A DNA stretch of 64,000 nucleotides from an uncultured Hormoscilla sp. (GTDB lineage Bacteria > Cyanobacteriota > Cyanobacteriia > Cyanobacteriales > Desertifilaceae), in the NCBI GenBank assembly GCA_963921275.4, contig OZ001293.3:4832001-4896000 (forward strand), written 5' to 3'. Numbering within the stretch: position 1 is the stretch's first letter; each line of letters starts with the position of its first letter. Positions 57,454 to 64,000 of this stretch are shown in pieces. Below the pieces are notes generated by a model. The model ran no database searches. It was not told the origin of the DNA and saw only the letters and a list, made by a program, of their open reading frames with translations. A program made the translations under genes and the position numbers.

Positions 57454-57579
57454 CCCGTTCCCATCCCGTTCGTAGTAAAGACTTTAGTCTTTCCCCGTTC
57501 CCATCCCGTTCGTAGTAAAGACTTTAGTCTTTCCGCCCCACATTAAGGAGATTGAGGACTTTAGTCCTCACTACGAACC
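57454..57579. repeat. REP-like cluster: two 40-bp units plus an inverted partner
   Basis: CCCGTTCCCATCCCGTTCGTAGTAAAGACTTTAGTCTTT twice; GAGGACTTTAGTCCTCACTACGAAC. Confidence 0.8.
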
Positions 57580-58872
57580 CAGTTCAGTATCTAGTAAACT
57601 CTTCATACTACCAGAACTGGTGCTACCCATCTCCACAGACATGGCCAAACCTAGCAGCGTTATTTCCGGGGGGAATTTTTTGACATCACTCAGGTTCATT
57701 GTCAGGAACGGACAGCAAAACAGAGCTAATTTCAAATATTCCCGCCAATTTTCCTCCAGCATACCACTTCGATGTCTGAGGGATGCTAGCGGCTGCGCAG
57801 CCGCTGCGCTGACGCAAAAACCCCTCAGACATCGAGATTCCAATTCCTCTAACAGGGGTTTGAGCACTCGTTCTAGCTTCGATCGCAGCAGGGCCACCCG
57901 CACTGGCGAGGGGACAAAATCATGTTCTACCATCATGGTATCATCTTTTATTTCCCAGCGGATAGACATCATTTCGGCAATTTCCCTTGGATAATACATC
58001 CAGATAGCGAATACATTGTGAAACAGGGGCTTCGCCAGGTCCAGCAAGGGCGAGTGGCGACCCGCAAATGCCGGATCGAAGTATACCATAGAACCGCGAA
58101 CGCTGCGCGAAAAATCGACATCTATAAACAGATTACCATTATGGGCGTCACCATGTCCGACGATCGAGGCCACGTCTGATCGGGATGGTTTCAAGAGTCC
58201 GATCGCCTGCTGCACCAGTTGTCCTAGAGTATCTTGATATTGTATCCCATTAATGTTCCACTGCATTGATGCCAGACTATTATAATTTATTTTCCCTCCT
58301 GGCAGGAATATATCCGTCCCTTGATAGAACTTAGCGAAGCGCCCCCCCGTGAGTCTGTGGTAGAATAGCTGATGGATGGGCGATCGAGCATGTTCTGCTT
58401 TCTCCAGGGGTTGCAGGGTTTGCAGATAAATGTCCCACAGTTGTTCGTCAGCTTTTTCTTGTATAGATATAACTCGATCGGCATCTGTTCTGCGACCCAT
58501 TTCCAGGTCGCGGATAACATTAAACATCGAAGGAGTCTCGAAGAACTCATAAATCAATAGCTGCTTTCCCCATTCCGTGGAACTATGTATGGGTTGAATT
58601 ACTGGATAACCCGCCTCTGCTAGAATCGTTGAATTATAATATTCGTTAATAATGCTTTGGGGTTCTACATGGGTTTTGAAGAAATATTTGGTCTCATCTG
58701 CTGTAGTTATAAACCCATTCAGAGAGTTGAGGGATACAGCTAAGGGACGTATCTGTACCGTTTCCACCTGAAAATCCAGGTTAGCGATCATAAATTCCCT
58801 CAGCAATGCGTTAGCCGCTTCTAGGTCTGCGAACTGGAGATCCTGGATCTGCTGTAACTTCTTATCTGACAA
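57571..58872 (-). CDS. Protein-kinase-like (APH/choline kinase fold) small-molecule phosphotransferase
   Basis: YFFKTH, HGDAHNGN (Brenner motif), YFDPAFAG; TTG start; two in-frame micro-insertions. Confidence 0.72.
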   Translation of the reverse strand: MSDKKLQQIQDLQFADLEAANALLREFMIANLDFQVETVQIRPLAVSLNSLNGFITTADETKYFFKTHVEPQSIINEYYNSTILAEAGYPVIQPIHSSTEWGKQLLIYEFFETPSMFNVIRDLEMGRRTDADRVISIQEKADEQLWDIYLQTLQPLEKAEHARSPIHQLFYHRLTGGRFAKFYQGTDIFLPGGKINYNSLASMQWNINGIQYQDTLGQLVQQAIGLLKPSRSDVASIVGHGDAHNGNLFIDVDFSRSVRGSMVYFDPAFAGRHSPLLDLAKPLFHNVFAIWMYYPREIAEMMSIRWEIKDDTMMVEHDFVPSPVRVALLRSKLERVLKPLLEELESRCLRGFCVSAAAAQPLASLRHRSGMLEENWREYLKLALFCCPFLTMNLSDVKKFPPEITLLGLAMSVEMGSTSSGSMKSLLDTELGS

Positions 58873-58972
58873 TCTTTCCTCCCGATCTATTTGATCCTAA
58901 TTTACTGGCATGTTCTTCATTCTCAAGTCCCTGTCACCCATTGGTTGGTTGGTATTTGAGTTTGGATCTTAC

Positions 58973-60424
58973 TCATAACGTTGGTTTCCAAGTTCCGTGA
59001 AATCCCATCGGCACCACCCTAGGCAATTCTAGTTTACAGACGGGTTCGCCATCCATCCTTTCACTATCATAAACCCAAACTTCACTCCTATCAACCCCGC
59101 CATCATAGATAACTGTCAACACCCATCCTTGCTTAGTATTCCGGGCATCCGGGACATAAATGGGTTCGGTGGGATAGCGATTTTCGTCCAAGTCCGCTAC
59201 TGTCAGGTTGTCTGTCTCCAGATCCAAACGGGCGATCGCCCCAAACATTTCCTGACTAATATCCACCCCATCCCGATATACTGAAAAATAAATGTAACGG
59301 TAATTTTGCCCCACATCTTGGGGGGAGACGACCGGGAACTCGCAACCCCGTAAGAGCAATTGCTGGAGTTGGGTAACTTTCCCTGTTTGGGGATCTAGGC
59401 GCGATCGCCAGATAGTTCCCTTAGATCCTGTCTGGGTTTTACCCGTCGGCACTTCTTTGAGTTCCTGATTAGTTAAGTTGAAATCTTGATGGCGGACAAA
59501 ATCCACAACTATCTCGCCATCAGCATCTACATAACCATTGCTAAAATGCCATTGAAACCAAGCTTCAGTTTTCCCCCGACTCACTACCGATAAAGTTGCG
59601 CGATCGAGGAATAAAATATCAGTTCCCTGACTGGGTTTCCATTCTGCGACATCGCAGTAACTCCGAAATCCGATCGCAATTGGTAGGAGATTAAACCGTA
59701 CTGGCGGAATTAAAAACACCAAATATTGCCCCGCCATGACAAAATCATGTATAAAGGGGATCCCCTCTAATGGAATCGCTGCTTTTTGGACAATCTTGCC
59801 CGCGTGATCGCTCCTATAAACGTAAAGCGTTGCATTCAACCCGCCGATACTAATGCCAAAGTTAAAAATATCCCCGGTTTGCGCGTCTACCTTAGGATGA
59901 GCAGAATAGGGTAAGTTATGCTTGAGTTGGGAAAGATCATCTAATCCCTTAGTTTCCAAAGTTTGTAAATCTAAGGCATGGGGGTTTCCTGCTTCGCAGA
60001 GTGCCAATAGTTTATCGGGCAAAGCTAGCACGGAAGTATTGGCCGCATTTTTGGGTAATTTACCCCAACTTTTCCAGAACGGTCCGGGTACGGTCATGCC
60101 ATAATTGGGATAAAGAAATTTCCCCGCCGCAGTTTCCGCTTGATATGCTGCTGTCTGCACGTAGCGATAAATTCCTGTAGCCCCCGCATCGGTAAAATGC
60201 ACTGCTAAAATAGCACCATCCCCATCAAACCAATGTCCCACCCGATTTTTCGCGCAGCGTTCGCCTCCACGTTCCAAGCGTCCCGGACCATTACGATAGA
60301 GAGTACCGCGCAACCTTGGGGGAATTGCACCGGCCAGAATGGGTAGCTGAGTAGGGGGAAATTCTGTTGCCGGTCGTGCTAGGGCTTTTGCCCAAGCTTT
60401 GCCGGTTGATGCTTTTGTTGTCAT
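58973..60424 (-). CDS. Carotenoid cleavage oxygenase (RPE65 family)
   Basis: GTLYRNGPG, HWFDGDG, SAHPKVD, FIHDF, EFPVV, GFHGTW. Confidence 0.93.
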   Translation of the reverse strand: MTTKASTGKAWAKALARPATEFPPTQLPILAGAIPPRLRGTLYRNGPGRLERGGERCAKNRVGHWFDGDGAILAVHFTDAGATGIYRYVQTAAYQAETAAGKFLYPNYGMTVPGPFWKSWGKLPKNAANTSVLALPDKLLALCEAGNPHALDLQTLETKGLDDLSQLKHNLPYSAHPKVDAQTGDIFNFGISIGGLNATLYVYRSDHAGKIVQKAAIPLEGIPFIHDFVMAGQYLVFLIPPVRFNLLPIAIGFRSYCDVAEWKPSQGTDILFLDRATLSVVSRGKTEAWFQWHFSNGYVDADGEIVVDFVRHQDFNLTNQELKEVPTGKTQTGSKGTIWRSRLDPQTGKVTQLQQLLLRGCEFPVVSPQDVGQNYRYIYFSVYRDGVDISQEMFGAIARLDLETDNLTVADLDENRYPTEPIYVPDARNTKQGWVLTVIYDGGVDRSEVWVYDSERMDGEPVCKLELPRVVPMGFHGTWKPTL

Positions 60425-60536
60425 CTTCTACTGCTGTCGGATAGTTGGATTTTATGCTATTATAAAGTCAGACTGTTACGCAATTGCCCCAAACCCTTAG
60501 ATCGCCCCGCAGTTCCCCATCAGGGCATGGTAAACT

Positions 60537-62727
60537 TCAATTAACCACAGTGAAATCATCATTAATCAGGGTCTCATCAATCCCCTGCAGGGTGGCCAGG
60601 GTTTCCCCTTCAAAGTTAATCCAGGTATCTAGGCCCTTCCTGACAATCGCCAAATCGTCGAAACTCAAACCTCCTGCTAGCCCGTTCGCGTAGCGTGCGC
60701 GCAGCGCATTCACGTCCGTACCCTCTTCAAAGTCTATGATAGTATCCCAGCCCATGCCCGACTCCAAGCAGTTGGTCCCCTACTATAACCTAAGTTGCGA
60801 CCTATTAAAAAAAATATGAATTACCCACTTAGACTTTACAGATATTTGGGATATTTCGTAGCTTTTGATACAAAATTATATTTTTTTTGTGCTAGACGGC
60901 GGGTTGGCTGTTTATAGGTTATAATGTACTAAAATAATAGTTAATTGCTGGGGGATGTAGATGATGGAAGATATGATTACAACAATTTTTGTTCTTTGTG
61001 ACGAGCTACTAAAAGCGTTAAATATAAAAGAAGATCCACAAGTAAAAATGAACAATGCCGAAGTGATGACAGTCGGATTAGTTGCTGCATATTTTTTCGG
61101 AGGACACCACGATCGCTCTTGTCAATTTATGGTCCAACACAAGTATATAAAAAATCTGTTAAGTAAAAGTAGGTTCAATCGTCGATTACACAATATTGAG
61201 GAACCAATTTGGATGTTTTTCTTCCAAGTTATAGCTCAAACATTTAAAGAGCTCAATCCGGGTCAAGAATATATTCTTGATAGTTTCCCGGTGCCAGTAT
61301 GTGATAATATTAGGATTGATAGATGCCAAATTTATAACAAGGAAGAATATCGAGGGTATATTGCCAGTAAAAAACGTTATTTTTATGGATTAAGAGTTCA
61401 TATGTTGGTAAACAAAAATGGAAAGCCAATAGAATTTTATCTAGATCCTGGTAGTTATAATGATTTTAAAGTTTTGCAATCTTTTGGCTTTGACTTACCA
61501 TCAAATTCAATAGTTTATGGAGATAAAGCTTATAATGATTATCAATTAGAGGATTTACTAAAAGAGTCGTCAAGTATAATGTTAAAACCTTTGCGAAAAA
61601 AGAACTCAAAAAGAAAAGAATATTCTTGTTTTGAATATATACAAAAAGTAACAAGAAAACAAGTTGAAACCTGTTTTAGTCGAATCACAAATTTGTTTCC
61701 CAAGTCAATTCATGCTGTTACATCTAAGGGATTAGAGTTGAAAATAATTCTCTTTATCATAGCTTTTTGTATCCAATTTTTATAGGTCGCAACTTGAGTT
61801 ACTATAGTGAAAGCAGCGTTATCATCGTCACCAATCGCGTAGCGTGCGCGCAGCGCATAGCCCGAGATTAACCGGTAGGTAAAGGTCTTTCCATTGTCGG
61901 GATCGCTAGTAGAGAAAGTCCCCACGATCGCACCCTTACGGGAATTAGAATTGATGCTGCTGTTGCTAAGAACTATATCAGTAGGAGATTCGGCAACATT
62001 GTTCACATTAATAATCAAGGCTTCCAAGTAACTGGCCCCAGTAGAGTCAGTAGTCTGGACTAATATCCTGTAAATCGACTGAGTCTCAAAGTCTAAGGAA
62101 CTGTTAATTCGCAGTTGGTCCCCTACTATAGTGAAAGCAGCGTTATCATCGTCACCATAGCCCGAGATTAACTGGTAAGTAAAGGTATCTCTATTATCAG
62201 GGTCAGTAGTTCCGAAAGTCCCCACGACTGCACCTGAGAGGGAGTTTTCGTTGACGCTGCTGCTGCTGAGAACTAGGTCGGTAGGAGACTCGCCGACATC
62301 GTTGACGTTAATAATCAAGACCTCCGAATAACTGTTCCCAGTCGAGTCGGTAGTCTGGACGCGGATGCTGTAACTCGACTGAGTCTCAAAGTCAGGGGAA
62401 CTGTTAATTCGCAGTTGGTTCTCTACTATGGTGAAGGCAGCGTTATCATCGGCACCATAGCCGGAGATTAACTGGTAGATAAAGGTATCGGAAGAGTCGG
62501 GGTCAGTAGTTCTGAAAGTCCCCACGACAGTATTGGCTGGGGAGTTTTCACTGATATTGATGATGCTGCTAAGAATTATATCGGTAGGAGAGGAGTTCTC
62601 TGCAACATCATTGACGTTAATAGTCAAGACCTCCCGAATAACTGTTATTAGCCGAGTCAGTAGTTTGGACGCGAATGCTGTAACTGGACTGAGTCTCAAA
62701 GTCAGGGGAACTGTTAATTTGCAGTGA
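60537..62727 (-). pseudogene. Cadherin-repeat/RTX-like surface protein remnant, IS-disrupted and frameshifted
   Basis: Repeats PTD..LS...NENS....VGTF.TTDPD...DNAAFTI...DFETQS; C-terminal DTIIDFEEGTD..GLAGGLSF. Confidence 0.8.
60788..61799 (+). mobile_element. IS982-family element, second copy (transposase 60961-61785)
   Basis: 1012 bp, same TIRs, identical 274-aa transposase, 7-bp TSD TACTATA. Confidence 0.95.
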
Positions 62728-62739
62728 GTTCCCTTGATC

Positions 62740-63185
62740 TTACTCCAGCTTTGGAGGTGCTTACTCTGGTCTTGGAGGTGCTTACTCTGGCCTTGGAGTT
62801 ACTCAACTGCCCTTTGGTAATCTTTTATCACGTCAAAGCAAAAGGTTGTGACGCCACCGAATGACTCTCGTACTCGGTAGAATGATTCAGTTACTCCTGG
62901 AAATGAACAGTTACCCCTAGAAATGAATAATTTTTCCCAGGAATAACTGAGTCACTCCAGGGAGTGACTCAGTTATTCCTGGATAAAATATCTCTATTGT
63001 TAAGGGGCGTGAGCGCAGGCTGCGACCTTGGAGGCCAACGCCATTTAGGGAGAAAGCCCAGAGTCGGCTGAGATGTTTAAAGGGCGCACTCCTAGGACTG
63101 CCCAGCTGTATCACTTGACTGAGCCATGTTTCGGTTAAACTGAATTGAGTGAGTTTGACAGAGGAAAAAGGCTGATAGCCTTGGG
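62740..63185. repeat. Second member of the 21-bp-array dispersed element (about 3 units)
   Basis: GGAGGTGCTTACTCTGG units and a tail shared with 2812-3410. Confidence 0.75.
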
Positions 63186-63202
63186 GACAGCGTTGATTCT
63201 AT

Positions 63203-63826
63203 TTAATTCAAATTAGCTTGGGTTTCGACGATCTGCTTTTGTAAAGTTAACTGAGTTTTATTCAGATTCGCTTTGGCCTCATTCAACCGTTCCCTCGCCG
63301 TTTGCCAGATTAGCACCTTACTTTCAAACTCCGAGGTGCTAATGACACCATCTAAGTGTAACTTATAATAGCGAGTATACTCCCTTTCCGCATTCGCTAA
63401 CTCGGCCTCTAATACTTTAATCGTCACCTCTTGGGTGGCTGTTTCCTCCCTCAACTCCGCCTTTAACCGAGATATCCTCTCCTCGATTTCTCTTTTCGGT
63501 TCTAGACGCCCCAAGGCCGTCACCGATGCGGCCACAGTACTAGGATTTGCTTGCTGTGTCCCTCTTTTTGTGCTTAAGGCGCCCCCGGGGGACACAGCCA
63601 CAGTCTGGGTCTGCTGTTCCTCTGAGTCGGACAAGAGGCTGTAAACACCACCCATCACGATCGCAGCAGCACTGACTAAACCGATTACCCACCTACTGGT
63701 GGTTGTAGTGGACGAACTTTCATTGTCTAACTGTGGTTTCTGCCCCATAAACCGATCCGGGAAATGGTTGGCTCCCCTCCTATTGCTTCCAATTAGAGTA
63801 ACACGACCCCAATCTGTCTTTCCCAC
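63203..63826 (-). pseudogene. DevB/HlyD-like membrane fusion protein fragment
   Basis: TM segment, then VTALGRLEPK joined directly to a coiled coil (Y.KL..DGVIS.SEFE); the lipoyl-like and C-terminal domains are missing. Confidence 0.6.
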
Positions 63827-64000
63827 TCTGCCATCAATCTAGCTTGGAAATTACATCCGTCGCACGATCTAACTCTTAATCATATCAATTTTTGCCAAAA
63901 AAAATTGTCTAGACAATTATTTCAGCTTTCAAGGTTTACTCTTCCACCCCCTCACCCCTTCACCCCCTCACCCCTGATGACAAACCGAAATCTAAAAAAC

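Overview
Cyanobacterial chromosome segment (dense HIP1 GCGATCGC sites, ntcA, psbH/psbN, phycobilisome genes). The heavy load of pseudogenes and mobile elements suggests a host-associated filamentous lineage in early genome decay (inference). Left part: aroB, a kinase-WD40 gene, fabI-ntcA-DUF3084-yqgF, pth-tatA-psbH-psbN, and decayed exbBD, Rpn, alpha-mannosidase and TPR genes. Centre (25.7-47.8 kb): a large phycoerythrin cluster (cpeF-like, aplA, cpeCDEE'-cpeSTR, a two-domain linker, cpeZ, cpeU, and an alpha/beta pair with PE-II/MpeBA signatures). Right part: a decayed type I RM locus, an XamI-type RM pair, a kinase-like gene plus a HAD-aminotransferase fusion, a carotenoid oxygenase and a cadherin/RTX pseudogene. 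Four signals stand out. (1) Four complete ORF-less group II introns with readable EBS1/IBS1 pairing, including two apparently identical 871-nt copies with a non-AY 3' end; one knocks out a gene in antisense and one is nested in another intron that also carries IS982. (2) A ribbon-helix-helix protein with about 22 coiled-coil repeats shares its repeat and its IGxAxLNKWR C-terminus with the neighbouring phycobilisome linker. (3) 15- and 24-nt micro-elements are inserted in frame into many genes at HIP1-like sites. (4) The phycoerythrin is PE-II-like although the context does not look like marine Synechococcus. All calls come from reading the sequence; no searches were run.
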